Source: Chthoniobacterales bacterium (lineage in GTDB: Bacteria; Verrucomicrobiota; Verrucomicrobiia; Chthoniobacterales; UBA10450). Taken from it: 64,000 nt of DNA. The stretch lies in contig JBJMWX010000108.1 in the NCBI GenBank assembly GCA_045809925.1, positions 1,792 through 65,791 of the forward strand. Direction: 5' to 3'. Numbering within the stretch: position 1 is the stretch's first letter; the number at the start of each line of letters is the position of its first letter. Below are positions 20,285-35,446 of the stretch, in pieces. The position numbers were made by a program, and so were the translations under genes. The notes under the pieces were generated by a model. The model worked only from the letters and a program-made list of their open reading frames with translations, did no database searches and was not told where the DNA came from.

Positions 20285-20316
20285 GTCATGCCCGGGCCAC
20301 TTTAGACGCTAGCCAA

Positions 20317-20883
20317 ATGGACGATCGAGCACTCTACATTCCGGTAATTGTAGGTACGGCGCGGCAAGGCCGGATGAGCGAGCATGTTGCGCGCTTCGTT
20401 GTCAGCGAGATGAAGAAACGGCCGGAGATCGAGACCGAGCTGATCGACGTGCGTGAGTTGAAGATGTCGCTGCAGGACGCGGGTCAGGGGATGAAGGACG
20501 CCGAGTTCTCGAAGAAGATGCAGCGCTGCGATGGACTCGTCATCGTCACGCCCGAATACAACCATGGGTATCCCGGCCTGCTAAAGCATGCGCTCGACAT
20601 GTGTTTGGAGGAATACATCCACAAAGTGGTGGCGATTTGCGGCGTCTCCGCCGGTCCGTTCGGCGGCTCGCGCGTGATTGAGCAGATGGTTCAGGTGGTG
20701 CGCGAGCTCGGCCTGGCAGTGACGTTTACAGACCTGAATTTCAGCCGGGTTGGCGATGCCTTCGACGAATCAGGCAATCTGAAGGACGAGAAATATGTCG
20801 GTCGTACAGCGAAGTTCTTAAACGAGCTGGTCTGGATGGCGCGCGTGCTGCGTTACGGACGCGAAAACATTCCGCCGCTTTGA
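20317..20883 (+). CDS. NADPH-dependent FMN reductase
   Basis: [30 protein letters not shown]; start set to ATG 20317, downstream of the tRNA. Confidence 0.92.
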   Translation: MDDRALYIPVIVGTARQGRMSEHVARFVVSEMKKRPEIETELIDVRELKMSLQDAGQGMKDAEFSKKMQRCDGLVIVTPEYNHGYPGLLKHALDMCLEEYIHKVVAICGVSAGPFGGSRVIEQMVQVVRELGLAVTFTDLNFSRVGDAFDESGNLKDEKYVGRTAKFLNELVWMARVLRYGRENIPPL

Positions 20884-21239
20884 ACCCGCGCTTCGAGCTG
20901 CGCGAGTCTGATCTCGAGGAAAGCTTCGCGCGGTCAGGAGGTCCCGGCGGTCAGAACGTCAACAAAGTCTCGACCGCCGTAACCCTGCGGCACGTGCCAA
21001 GCGGGATCAGCGTCACCGTGCAGGATTCGCGCTCACAGGCAATCAACCGCAAACTGGCGCGCGCGCGACTGCTGGAGGCGATCGTCAAGGATCGGGAAGC
21101 GAAACGCGCGGCCGATATCGCGGAACGCGAAAGAGCTCGGCGGCGGCGGTCGCGGCGGCCCGCGGCTTTGAAGCGAAAGATCCTGGAATCCAAAAGGAAG
21201 CGCGCGGAGCTGAAGAAGCAACGGGCACGCATTCTATAG
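20880..21239 (+). CDS. Short GGQ-motif peptidyl-tRNA hydrolase (ArfB/RF-1 domain-like)
   Basis: [21 protein letters not shown], basic C-terminal tail; TTG start overlaps the upstream stop. Confidence 0.88.
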   Translation: MNPRFELRESDLEESFARSGGPGGQNVNKVSTAVTLRHVPSGISVTVQDSRSQAINRKLARARLLEAIVKDREAKRAADIAERERARRRRSRRPAALKRKILESKRKRAELKKQRARIL

Positions 21240-21313
21240 GGCTGAGACCGCGATCTGTTGTTGCTGTGGAAAATGTTGGCGGGGTCAGCGGCCCCGCCCT
21301 ACAGAATGCCGAA

Positions 21314-22360
21314 ATGAATGTCGGGATCATCGGCACGGGATGGCCGGGCCAGCAGCACGCGATTGCCTTAAGCAGTAGCAAACGAGGAAGATTGCATTCG
21401 TGCGCTGATCTCGACGAGCAGCGACGCGCCGCCTTTGTAAAGGAATTCGGGCCCGACATGGCCGTCGGCGACTATCACGAAATGTTGGCGGATGCCGCCG
21501 TTGATGCGGTCATGATTTGTCTGCCAAATTATCTGCACTTCCCCGCCTCACTCGCCGCGCTCGAGGCCGGCAAGCACGTGTTTTGCGAAAAGCCGCCGAC
21601 GCTCAACGCGGCGCAAATGAAAGTGCTGCGCGACCAGGCTTCGGAACGTGGACTCGTGTATTTTTTCGGCCGTCAGTTTCGGTTCACGCCCGGAATGTTA
21701 GCGGCCAAGCGCCTGATAGCGGAAGGTCGGCTTGGCAACATCTACCACGCACGCGCGACATGGATGCGCTCACGCGGCATCCCACCGGGAATCGGCGGAT
21801 GGTTTACCGAGAAAAAACGCTCCGGCGGTGGCGCCTTGATCGATATCGGTGTGCATGCGCTCGATTCCGTCTGGTACCTGATGGGAAATCCGCGTCCCGT
21901 TTCAGCCAGCGCCGGCGTGTTCCAGAATTTCGCGCACTTCGTCGCGAGCGCGGTTTTCGACGTGGAGGACGCAGCGTATGCGTTTATTCGCTTCGAAAAT
22001 GGCGCCGTGGTCCATCTCGAGACCTGCTGGGCGGGCAACCTTCCGGACGAGATTCCGGAAGGAAAATATTTCGGACGCGAGACAAACAATTCGCTGCTCT
22101 TCGGAACGAAAGGAACACTGCGGCTCAAGCCGTTGACGTTGTTCGAAGACCAAAACGGCGCGCTTGTCACAGTACCGATCAAGAACGGAAGCGTGGAAGA
22201 CAACGCTGACAGCTTTGCTGCCCAGGTGGACAATTTTCTTGCGGCAATCGCCGGCGAGTCGGAGCCGATCAACAGCGCCGAACAGGCGGTGGAGCTGATG
22301 GGAATGATCGACGCGATTTACGCGTCAGGCGCAGCGGGACGGGAAATGGCGATCGCCTAA
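21314..22360 (+). CDS. Gfo/Idh/MocA family oxidoreductase
   Basis: GIIGTG, HVFCEKP, GGGALIDIGVH. Confidence 0.93.
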   Translation: MNVGIIGTGWPGQQHAIALSSSKRGRLHSCADLDEQRRAAFVKEFGPDMAVGDYHEMLADAAVDAVMICLPNYLHFPASLAALEAGKHVFCEKPPTLNAAQMKVLRDQASERGLVYFFGRQFRFTPGMLAAKRLIAEGRLGNIYHARATWMRSRGIPPGIGGWFTEKKRSGGGALIDIGVHALDSVWYLMGNPRPVSASAGVFQNFAHFVASAVFDVEDAAYAFIRFENGAVVHLETCWAGNLPDEIPEGKYFGRETNNSLLFGTKGTLRLKPLTLFEDQNGALVTVPIKNGSVEDNADSFAAQVDNFLAAIAGESEPINSAEQAVELMGMIDAIYASGAAGREMAIA

Positions 22361-22433
22361 CGAACAAAATTGTTCGACGCATACATCTACCCGAGGTCGC
22401 TCTGTCGAATTGTCGGTGGAGAGCTATATCATT

Positions 22434-22619
22434 ATGAAAAAGACACTTACCCTCACATTGGTCGGCGCGGCAGCGGCAGTTGCTTTTACATCCTGCACGG
22501 TTGTTGAGCCGGTCCCGGCAACGAGCACGACGACAACTACACACGAAACAACAACGGTCGCGCGGCCGGCGACAACTCAGACCACCGTTACGCGGAGTCC
22601 CGGCGGCGGCGGTTACTAA
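22434..22619 (+). CDS. Small Thr-rich lipoprotein (61 aa)
   Basis: MKK + hydrophobic core + FTSC lipobox; Thr-rich mature part; followed by a terminator. Confidence 0.75.
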   Translation: MKKTLTLTLVGAAAAVAFTSCTVVEPVPATSTTTTTHETTTVARPATTQTTVTRSPGGGGY

Positions 22620-22635
22620 GACTAACCCGGTTCCG

Positions 22636-22667
22636 AAAAAGGGGAGTCGCTGCGGCGGCTCCCTTTT

Positions 22668-22669
<2 letters not shown>
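22636..22669. terminator. Bidirectional rho-independent terminator
   Basis: AAAAAGGGGAGTCGC-TGCG-GCGGCTCCCTTTTTT between convergent lipoprotein gene and gyrA. Confidence 0.9.
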
Positions 22670-27930
<5,261 letters not shown>

Positions 27931-28005
27931 TCAACGACTTTTTCCGCAACCGATTGCGGAGGGGCGCAGATGCGACCTCAGCATCTTGTGGTCGAGCGGC
28001 CGCGC

Positions 28006-28034
28006 TTGACCTCCCCGCCCGCGCCCCGGAAAAT
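28006..28034 (+). promoter_or_regulatory. Putative sigma70 promoter of psd-pssA
   Basis: TTGACC-17 nt-GAAAAT, 11 nt before the psd ATG. Confidence 0.5.
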
Positions 28035-28045
28035 CAAACCTAAAG

Positions 28046-28681
28046 ATGAGGTTCCAGACCCTCAACGAAGCACGGTGGATTTTTGCCGTCCTGGTCCTGC
28101 TCACGGTTGCGAGTTGGTTCGTCTGGCCGTGGCTGTCGCTCCTTTTTCTGGCGCTCATTATCTACACGTTCGCATTTTTCCGTGACCCGGAACGTGTGAC
28201 ACCGGCGGACCCCGAGGCGGTTGTCGCGGCGGCGGATGGAGTGGTGGCCGACGTCGCTGAAGTCGACGAAACCGAAGTGGTGAAGTCGCGGACCATGCGG
28301 ATCGGCATTTTTCTTTCGGTATTCGATGTGCATACCAATCGTGCGCCAATCGATGGACGAGTGATTTACCGTCAGCATCACGAAGGTCTCTGCCTCGACG
28401 CGCGGCGCACCGACTGTTCGACCAAGAACGAAGCGATGACGTGGGCTTTCGAAAACCCGCGCGCCACAATCGTCGTGCGGCAGCTCACCGGCGCGATCGC
28501 GCGACGGATCGTCGGCTGGTCGAAGGTTGGCGATGAGCTGCGTAAAGGGGAGCGCTTCGGGATGATTCGCTTCGGCTCGCGCACGGAAGTATACTTGCCG
28601 CTCGAAGCAGACGTGTTGGCGAAGGTTGGCGACCGGGTCGCAGGTGGATTGACGGTTATTGCGCGACTGCGCACAAAATGA
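28046..28681 (+). CDS. psd: Phosphatidylserine decarboxylase proenzyme
   Basis: FFRDPER, IFLSVFDVH, GAIARRI, FGSR autocleavage motif. Confidence 0.95.
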   Translation: MRFQTLNEARWIFAVLVLLTVASWFVWPWLSLLFLALIIYTFAFFRDPERVTPADPEAVVAAADGVVADVAEVDETEVVKSRTMRIGIFLSVFDVHTNRAPIDGRVIYRQHHEGLCLDARRTDCSTKNEAMTWAFENPRATIVVRQLTGAIARRIVGWSKVGDELRKGERFGMIRFGSRTEVYLPLEADVLAKVGDRVAGGLTVIARLRTK

Positions 28682-29493
28682 GCGACCAAAACTCGAAAAT
28701 TTACCTGCTGCCCAACCTGATGACAGCGGGCAATCTTTTCTGCGGGTTTGCCGCGACGCTCAAAATCGTGCAGGGCGCGCTCCTCCAGGGCACGAATCCG
28801 GACGCGGCCGCGATCCTGTTTCACATGGCGGTCTGGTTGATCCTGGGCGCGTGTATCTTCGACGTGCTGGACGGCCGGCTCGCCCGACTCGGCGGACAGG
28901 ACTCAGCCTTTGGCCGCGAATTCGATTCGCTTGCGGACGTTGTCTCCTTCGGGGTCGCGCCGGCTCTGATGGTTTATCGAATCGTGCTGCTCGATTTTCC
29001 CCGTACCGGGTGGGTCGTGGCCTTCGTTTACCTCCTTTGCGGGGCGCTGCGGCTGGCCCGCTTCAACACGGCTGCGGCTGCCGGGCATTCGCCGACCTCG
29101 AAGGATTTCACCGGGTTCCCGATTCCAGCGGCAGCGGGGCTGATCGCCTCGCTAACGCTCTTCATGCTCTGGTGGTTCGGTGAGCGCGACCACGAGATCG
29201 GCCGCTACAAATGGATCCTGCCGCCCCTCATGCTGCTGCTCTCGATCATGATGTTTAGCAAGCTGCGCTATCCAAGTTTCAAAGCCATCACCTGGCGCAC
29301 GACCAAATCGCTCCCGCGTTTCCTGATCATCGCAACGGTACTGCTTATGACGGTGCTGAATTATGATTGGATGCCGGCGGTGCTGTTTATCGTGTATCTG
29401 CTTTACGGACTTCTTCGGCCGTGGGTCTCGAAACGGTGGCAACGTGAGATCGAAGAGGAACTCGGCGAAGAGCCCGAGGCGGAAACTGTATAA
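28678..29493 (+). CDS. pssA: CDP-diacylglycerol--serine O-phosphatidyltransferase
   Basis: LPNLMT, DVLDGRLAR..FGREFDSLADVVSFGVAPA, LRLARFN; coupled to psd. Confidence 0.95.
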   Translation: MSDQNSKIYLLPNLMTAGNLFCGFAATLKIVQGALLQGTNPDAAAILFHMAVWLILGACIFDVLDGRLARLGGQDSAFGREFDSLADVVSFGVAPALMVYRIVLLDFPRTGWVVAFVYLLCGALRLARFNTAAAAGHSPTSKDFTGFPIPAAAGLIASLTLFMLWWFGERDHEIGRYKWILPPLMLLLSIMMFSKLRYPSFKAITWRTTKSLPRFLIIATVLLMTVLNYDWMPAVLFIVYLLYGLLRPWVSKRWQREIEEELGEEPEAETV

Positions 29494-29494
29494 C

Positions 29495-29561
29495 TGGAGC
29501 GGCCCTATGATCGCCATCGCGCATTATGCCTGAAAGGACGGCAATCAAGGCCGTCGCTACA
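29495..29561. repeat. Degenerate GTAG-type REP doublet
   Basis: TGGAGCGGCCCTATGATCGCC ... GGCAATCAAGGCCGTCGCTACA fills the convergent intergenic gap. Confidence 0.55.
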
Positions 29562-29564
29562 CGT

Positions 29565-30257
29565 TTAGCGATTTAGCTGTGCGAGAACTTCGGGATCACG
29601 CACGTCGGCCCACTCGCCCGTCAGCTCAAGTGCCTGCACTTTCCGCCCGGAATGAGCGAGGGCGCGAATCGCGTCTGTTAGCTCGTATTCACCGCGTGGG
29701 GAACGCTCCAGGTTCGCCGTGAATCCGAAAATGCTGGGGCGAAACGCGTAAACGCCCGCGTTGTACCAAGGGCTGGTCGGTTCGCCCGGTTGAGGCTTTT
29801 CTCGTAGGTCGATAAGCTCAAATCGCTCGTTGACGAAGACGGCGCCCCCTTTGCTCACATCTTCGTTCTGTTTGACGCTCACGATCGCTTCTGTGCCCTC
29901 GTCCATGACGACGAGCCGGCCGTAATTCGGGGAATCGACAAGAATATCGCCGTAGCTGAGCACGAACGGATCCGCGCCGACAAAGTCGCGCGCCAGCTCC
30001 ACCACGCGGCCCGTTCCGTCCTGCACTGTTTGCGTTGCGTACTCCACCGAATCGCCGAAGTGGGAGCGCACCACGTCGGCGCGGTATCCGACGATAAGGA
30101 GAAAACGCGAAATGCCGGCGCCACGCAAACCATCGACAACATGCTGAAGCACAGGTTTGCCGCGCACTGTCAGCATCGGCTTTGGCAAATCGCTCGTCAG
30201 CTCGCGCATTCGTGTCCCGCGGCCGGCTGCCAGCAGGACGGCTTTGCTGATGTTCAT
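29565..30257 (-). CDS. Sugar-phosphate nucleotidyltransferase
   Basis: LAAGRGTRM..PKPML, YGD, REKP, RGEYELTD; start set to ATG 30257. Confidence 0.92.
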   Translation of the reverse strand: MNISKAVLLAAGRGTRMRELTSDLPKPMLTVRGKPVLQHVVDGLRGAGISRFLLIVGYRADVVRSHFGDSVEYATQTVQDGTGRVVELARDFVGADPFVLSYGDILVDSPNYGRLVVMDEGTEAIVSVKQNEDVSKGGAVFVNERFELIDLREKPQPGEPTSPWYNAGVYAFRPSIFGFTANLERSPRGEYELTDAIRALAHSGRKVQALELTGEWADVRDPEVLAQLNR

Positions 30258-30268
30258 AGTGTGAAGAC

Positions 30269-30346
30269 TGTCATTCCGAGCCAAGCCGAGGAATCTCCGT
30301 TCCTATCAGCGTACGAGAAGATGTCTCGGCTGCGCTCGACATGACA
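30269..30346. repeat. TGTCAT...ATGACA palindromic REP/MITE-like element
   Basis: 28-nt inverted arms matching 22/28 (TGTCATTCCGAGCCAAGCCGAGGAATCT vs reverse-complement TGTCATGTCGAGCGCAGCCGAGACATCT). Confidence 0.8.
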
Positions 30347-30390
30347 AGATTGCGCTGCAGATGCGGTTCGTGCAGCTTCGCGCCGTGCGA

Positions 30391-30780
30391 ATGCAATTTC
30401 TGGCAAAGTACAATGAATTTGGGCTGCTCTTGTTGCGGGTGACACTTGGCTTGGTGTTCGTAATTCTTGTCGCACCTGTACTCATGGGCGGCACCGGAGC
30501 GTGGTCGCGGTTCGGCAGCGGCATCCACGTGCTCGGCATCCATTCGCATTATGCAGTCTGGGGATTTCTCGGCGCGCTGCTCGCATGTATCGGCGCAGTG
30601 CTAATGATCTTCGGGCTCTTCTTCCGGCTCGGCATTTTGTTCTGCCTCGTGATCGCTCTCTTCCACGCATTGGCGGCCAGCCGGAATCTTCATGCCGGCC
30701 TGATGCCGATCGGAACGGGCCTGGTGCTGCTGAGCGCGTTATTCATCGGCCCCGGCAAGTACAGCGTCGACAAAACCTAG
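30391..30780 (+). CDS. DoxX family membrane protein
   Basis: GLLLLRVTLG, four TMs, GPGKYSVD end. Confidence 0.88.
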   Translation: MQFLAKYNEFGLLLLRVTLGLVFVILVAPVLMGGTGAWSRFGSGIHVLGIHSHYAVWGFLGALLACIGAVLMIFGLFFRLGILFCLVIALFHALAASRNLHAGLMPIGTGLVLLSALFIGPGKYSVDKT

Positions 30781-30782
30781 CG

Positions 30783-33700
30783 CTACTTCCCGGCCGCGCG
30801 GCGTGGGTCGATTGCGAGAGCGGGCAGATCAAGCTGTTTGATGGCGGTGCCAATCCTGGGCACTTCTTCGTTTTTGATCTGCGTCCACTTCGTGAGCTGC
30901 TCGTCAAGCTGCCCGCTCAACATCTTGAAGACCTCGTATTGCGGCTGGGTCGGCGCAGCATTCACGCCGTCGATCGAGTGGCTGAAACTGTCGAAGCGCT
31001 CGTTCAGCTTGTTCGGGAAAACGAGATTGCCTTCCGAACTCTTCATATTCACCTGAATCAGCTCCTCTTCGACGCCTGACATTTTCCTGCTCAGCTCATC
31101 CGCGGCGTCGAGTGCCGGCTTGACCCGCTGGTCGTCGCCGAACTTGGTGTGCAGGTTCTTGATCTGCGATTTAAGGTCGCGGATTTCGTTGATCGCGGTG
31201 TGCAGTTGTGTAATCCGGTCGCGCACCTGCGTGCAGAGCTCGAGCTGCTTCTGCCAGGCATCCGGCGGCGTCTGGACGCGAGGGTCCTGAATTAACTTGA
31301 GCGGCGCAGTCTGGACTTTGCCCGCAACGGTGAGCTTGACCTGATAATCTCCGGGGACGACGTGCGGCCCGCGCGGACCTTCGCCCGAATAAAACGCGCC
31401 CGGCGTTTGCACTGGATCGTCGTAACGAAGGTCCCACGCAAAGCGGTTCATTCCTTCGGCCGCAGGAATCGTCTTCGCAGCCTCGACGCGGTCCGGCCAT
31501 TCCGGTGGCTGGTCGCTCTTCTTTTCTTCACGGCTCGACAAATGTCGGACGAGCTTGCCCTGGCCGTCGAGGATATCGAGCGTCACTTCGTCTTTCGGTG
31601 CGCTCTTGAAGTAGTAATCAATCATCGCCCCCGGCGGCGGGTTTTCGCCGACCGGCTGACGTTTATCGAATTCGGTCGGATAACTAAGGCTGATCGCCGT
31701 CTGCGGTTGGTAAAGGATCGAATCAGCGGCCGCGAGCTGCTCATTCACCTGCCTCAGAGGGGTCAGGTCATCGAGAATCCAGAATGCGCGGCCATGTGTG
31801 GCGACCACGAGATCATCGTCTTTTACGACAAGATCGTGGACCGGCGAGACCGGCAAATTCAGCTGCAACGGCTGCCAGTGGCCGCCGTCGTCGAATGAAA
31901 CAAAAACGCCCATTTCCGTGCCGGCGTAGAGCAATCCGCGGCGCTTCGGATCCTCGCGGACCGCATGCACGCACGCTCCTTCGGGAATGCCATTGGAGAT
32001 GGCGGCCCAAGTCTTGCCGGTGTCGGTCGTCTTGTAGATGTAAGGTTTGACGTCATCGAGCTTGTGACGATCAACCGCTACGTAAGCGGTGTTGGCATCA
32101 TGTGGCGACGGCTCAATCAGATCGATCGTGCTCCACTCGGGCGCCTTCGGAGAGACGTTCGTCCAGTGGGCGCCGTCGTCGGTGCTGACGTGGACAAGCC
32201 CATCGTCCGTCCCCGCCCAGAGCAGGCCCTGCTGTTTCGGAGATTCGGCGAGCGCGAAGACGGTGTCGTAGTACTCCACCGAGGTGATGTCGAGTTGAAT
32301 CGGGCCGCCACTCGGCTGCTGCTTCGATTTGTCGTTCCGCGTCAGGTCCTGGCTGATTTGTGTCCACGACTGCCCGTGATCGGTTGATTTGAAGACGGAC
32401 TCCGCCGCGGTGTAGATCACGTCCGGATTGTGCGGTGAGAGCATGAGCGGCGCGACCCATTGGAAACGGTGCTTTAGATCGACGGCGCCGTGGCCTGAAT
32501 TATCAACCGGCCAAACACTTACTTCCTGCGCCTGCTCACGGTTCTTGTCGTAGCGAACGATGTAGCCTTCGCTGTTCGAGTAGATGATTCGCCAATCCCG
32601 CGGATCGGGAAGCACGAAACCGCATTCGCCGCCGCCGGCGATGAACCAGTCTTCGCGTCCGATCACGCCGCTTTCGCCACGGCTGGCGATGCCGACGTTC
32701 GAGTTGTCCTGCTGCGCACCGTAGACGTGATACGGAAACGCGTTGTCGACCGCGACGTGGTAGAACTGCGCGGTCGGCTGATTGTTTTGCGTGCTCCAGG
32801 TCTTACCGCCGTCGACCGAAATGCTCGCTCCGCCGTCATTCGCATTACCAATTCGACTTGGATCGGTCGGATCTATCCAGAGGCCGTGATGATCGCCATG
32901 ACGAGCGGGCAAAAGGTTGAACGTCTTGCCGCCATCGACTGATTTGAACGCGCCGGTATTGAGGACATAGACCGTGTCGGGTACCTTCGGGTCCGCGTAG
33001 ATTTTGCTGAAATACCAGGCGCGCTGGCGGAAGCGGCCGTCATCATTCACGCGCGTCCATTTGCCGCCACCGTCTTCGGACCGGTAAATTCCACCTTCCT
33101 TGGCCTCGACAATCGCATAGACACGATTCGAGTCGGCGCCGGAAACGTTTATCCCGATTCGGCCCCAGATTCCATCTGGCAAACCGTTACCGGTGATCTG
33201 CTTCCACGTCACGCCGTTGTCATCCGATCGGTAGAGACCACTGCCTGGCCCGCCACTGGAGAAATTCCACGGCTGGCGGCGTGCCTGCCACAACGCGGCG
33301 AAGACGACGTTTGGATTGTGCGGATCGAAGACGACATCGATGCCGCCCGTGTTCTCGTCTTTATAAAGAACTTTCGTCCACGTCTTCCCGCCATCGGTCG
33401 TGCGAAAAATGCCGCGCTCCTGATTGGGGCCGAAGGCGTGGCCGAAGGCAGCCACCAGTGCGACGTCAGGATTTTGCGGATGAACGATAAGGGCGCCGAT
33501 CTGCCGTGAGTCCTTGAGCCCGATGTTCTTCCAGGTCTTGCCGGCGTCTATCGACTTATAAATGCCGTTGCCATAGGTGATGTTACCGCGTGGCGCAGCT
33601 TCGCCGGTCCCGACATAAATGACGTTGTGATCGGATGGAGCAACCGCGATCGCTCCGATCGAGGAGTTCGATTCCTTGTCGAACAATGGTGTCCAATTGG

Positions 33701-34019
33701 CGCCGGCGTCGGCCGTTTTCCAAACGCCGCCCGCGACGCCGCCAAAGTACCACGTGTTCGGTTCGCCCGGCACACCTTCGATCGCGAGTGCGCGTCCGCC
33801 GCGGAACGGGCCGACCTGCCGCCATTTCATCGCGCCGAACAGTTTCTGATCAACCGTTCCCGGCGGGGCGGGTGTTGCCGACGCAGTGGGTGAGCTCGAA
33901 GCGGTTGGAGTTGCTGTCGGGGCAGCACCATGCGGACTCGGACTGACGGCGCGGGCAAGGTGAACAACGAGAACGAAAAAGGCGACAACGAGCAGGGAAC
34001 GCAAAGAACCGGCGAGCAT
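30783..34019 (-). CDS. Secreted VPS10/BNR-repeat glycosyl hydrolase-like protein
   Basis: Signal peptide, WRQVGPFRGGR, many S/TxDxGxxW Asp-box repeats, helical C-terminus. Confidence 0.9.
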   Translation of the reverse strand: MLAGSLRSLLVVAFFVLVVHLARAVSPSPHGAAPTATPTASSSPTASATPAPPGTVDQKLFGAMKWRQVGPFRGGRALAIEGVPGEPNTWYFGGVAGGVWKTADAGANWTPLFDKESNSSIGAIAVAPSDHNVIYVGTGEAAPRGNITYGNGIYKSIDAGKTWKNIGLKDSRQIGALIVHPQNPDVALVAAFGHAFGPNQERGIFRTTDGGKTWTKVLYKDENTGGIDVVFDPHNPNVVFAALWQARRQPWNFSSGGPGSGLYRSDDNGVTWKQITGNGLPDGIWGRIGINVSGADSNRVYAIVEAKEGGIYRSEDGGGKWTRVNDDGRFRQRAWYFSKIYADPKVPDTVYVLNTGAFKSVDGGKTFNLLPARHGDHHGLWIDPTDPSRIGNANDGGASISVDGGKTWSTQNNQPTAQFYHVAVDNAFPYHVYGAQQDNSNVGIASRGESGVIGREDWFIAGGGECGFVLPDPRDWRIIYSNSEGYIVRYDKNREQAQEVSVWPVDNSGHGAVDLKHRFQWVAPLMLSPHNPDVIYTAAESVFKSTDHGQSWTQISQDLTRNDKSKQQPSGGPIQLDITSVEYYDTVFALAESPKQQGLLWAGTDDGLVHVSTDDGAHWTNVSPKAPEWSTIDLIEPSPHDANTAYVAVDRHKLDDVKPYIYKTTDTGKTWAAISNGIPEGACVHAVREDPKRRGLLYAGTEMGVFVSFDDGGHWQPLQLNLPVSPVHDLVVKDDDLVVATHGRAFWILDDLTPLRQVNEQLAAADSILYQPQTAISLSYPTEFDKRQPVGENPPPGAMIDYYFKSAPKDEVTLDILDGQGKLVRHLSSREEKKSDQPPEWPDRVEAAKTIPAAEGMNRFAWDLRYDDPVQTPGAFYSGEGPRGPHVVPGDYQVKLTVAGKVQTAPLKLIQDPRVQTPPDAWQKQLELCTQVRDRITQLHTAINEIRDLKSQIKNLHTKFGDDQRVKPALDAADELSRKMSGVEEELIQVNMKSSEGNLVFPNKLNERFDSFSHSIDGVNAAPTQPQYEVFKMLSGQLDEQLTKWTQIKNEEVPRIGTAIKQLDLPALAIDPRRAAGK

Positions 34020-34145
34020 TCGGTATACTGAGAGAGAAGTTGCGCCGTTCAACCGAAATATCGGCGATTCTCCGCGCCGAAAAACTGGTGTGCGCGGGCG
34101 ACCGGCTGTTGCGGCCGCGACGCCTTGGGAGCGCGGAACCGACTA

Positions 34146-35399
34146 CTACGACTGCTCGACTGCCGCCGGCGCCGGTTTTGGACGCGGTTGGAAGGTGCGG
34201 GTGATTGGCTTTGGCTCTGCCGAGTCTGCCGACTGCTTGAATTCGTCAGGCACGTGCAACTTTAATCCGGAAAGGGATTCGCCAACAGTTTCACCGCGTG
34301 CTTTGAGGACTGAATCGAGGTCGCGCCGCATCCGCGTTTTGTTGTTGCAATACAGCATGACGCTCTCCTCAGACACGATCCCGGATTCGAACGCGCGCAT
34401 AAGTGACTGGTCGAAGGAGTGCCAGCCGAGCGTCGAACCAGCTTCGATGATTTCCTGGAATGTCCTGTTCTCGGCCTCGCCGTAGGTAATCGATTCGCGT
34501 GTGCGCAAGCTGGTGCCCATAATTTCGGTCACCAGCAGCCGCCCGCCGCCAATCTTCGTTACGAGTCGTTGGCTAACAATATAACGGAGGCTTTCCGCAA
34601 GACGCTGCCGGACCTGCTGTTCTTCTTCGCGGCTATACATGCCAAGAATGCGACTGATCGTCTGTCCGGCGTTGACCGTATGTAGTGTACTGAAAACAAG
34701 GTGGCCGGTCTCCGATGCCGTCATTGCGATGTCGAGCGTCTCTCGATCGCGAATTTCGCCTACGAGAATGACTTTTGGGGCCTGGCGGAGCGCAGACCGG
34801 AGGCCGTCGGCGAAACTCGGAAAATCCTTGCCGAGTTCGCGCTGCGAGATCGCGGCTTTGCCGTGACCGTGGAAGAATTCGATCGGGTCCTCGAGAGTAA
34901 GAATGTGAATCTCCTCGCGCTGGTTCAGCTCGTTGATCATTGCCGCGAGGGTCGTCGTCTTGCCGGTGCCGGTGCCACCGGTGACAAGCACGATGCCATT
35001 CTTCTCCTTGATGATGTCGCGGAAAATCGGTGGCAGGCCGAGCTTGTCGAGAGTAGGCACTTCCGACTCGAGCTTGCGCATCACGACTGAGTAGCGGCCG
35101 TTCTGCCGGAACACATTGACCCGGAATCTCGCCAGGTCGGCAATCGCGTAGCTGCAATCGCACGCGCCGGTCGCGGCAAAGTCTTTCCGGAGACGTTCGC
35201 TCCCGTTGATCATGTGATTCGCCAGTCCTTCGATCAACGCCGGGGTAAGCACCGACCCGGGCGTATCGATTGGAAAATCGTGCAACCGCCCATGGATCTC
35301 GACCAGCGGCGGCTTGCCAGGGACAAACAGGAGGTCCGAGACGCCTTCCCCGCTCGCCAACATCCCGGTAAAAAGCGCGTCGATCGTCTCGCCAGTCAT
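34146..35399 (-). CDS. PilT/PilU family type IV pilus ATPase
   Basis: SDL, RFRVNVF, GGTGTGKTT, EDPIEF, GEIRD, TGHLVFSTLH; start set to ATG 35399. Confidence 0.92.
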   Translation of the reverse strand: MTGETIDALFTGMLASGEGVSDLLFVPGKPPLVEIHGRLHDFPIDTPGSVLTPALIEGLANHMINGSERLRKDFAATGACDCSYAIADLARFRVNVFRQNGRYSVVMRKLESEVPTLDKLGLPPIFRDIIKEKNGIVLVTGGTGTGKTTTLAAMINELNQREEIHILTLEDPIEFFHGHGKAAISQRELGKDFPSFADGLRSALRQAPKVILVGEIRDRETLDIAMTASETGHLVFSTLHTVNAGQTISRILGMYSREEEQQVRQRLAESLRYIVSQRLVTKIGGGRLLVTEIMGTSLRTRESITYGEAENRTFQEIIEAGSTLGWHSFDQSLMRAFESGIVSEESVMLYCNNKTRMRRDLDSVLKARGETVGESLSGLKLHVPDEFKQSADSAEPKPITRTFQPRPKPAPAAVEQS

Positions 35400-35446
35400 C
35401 CGGCGGACGAACGAAGCTAGGATCGTGCCCCGCGACCCGCGGAAAA

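Noticed and set aside
20200-22619. Genomic island integrated at tRNA-Leu
   Set aside because: No integrase, no duplicated tRNA 3' end and no evident compositional shift.
27940-27990. Two short hairpins between gyrB and psd as a riboswitch or ncRNA
   Set aside because: Short stems with no recognisable aptamer consensus.
34085-34148. GC-rich intergenic segment after the PilT/U gene as a REP or structured RNA
   Set aside because: No convincing inverted arms or match to the other repeats.
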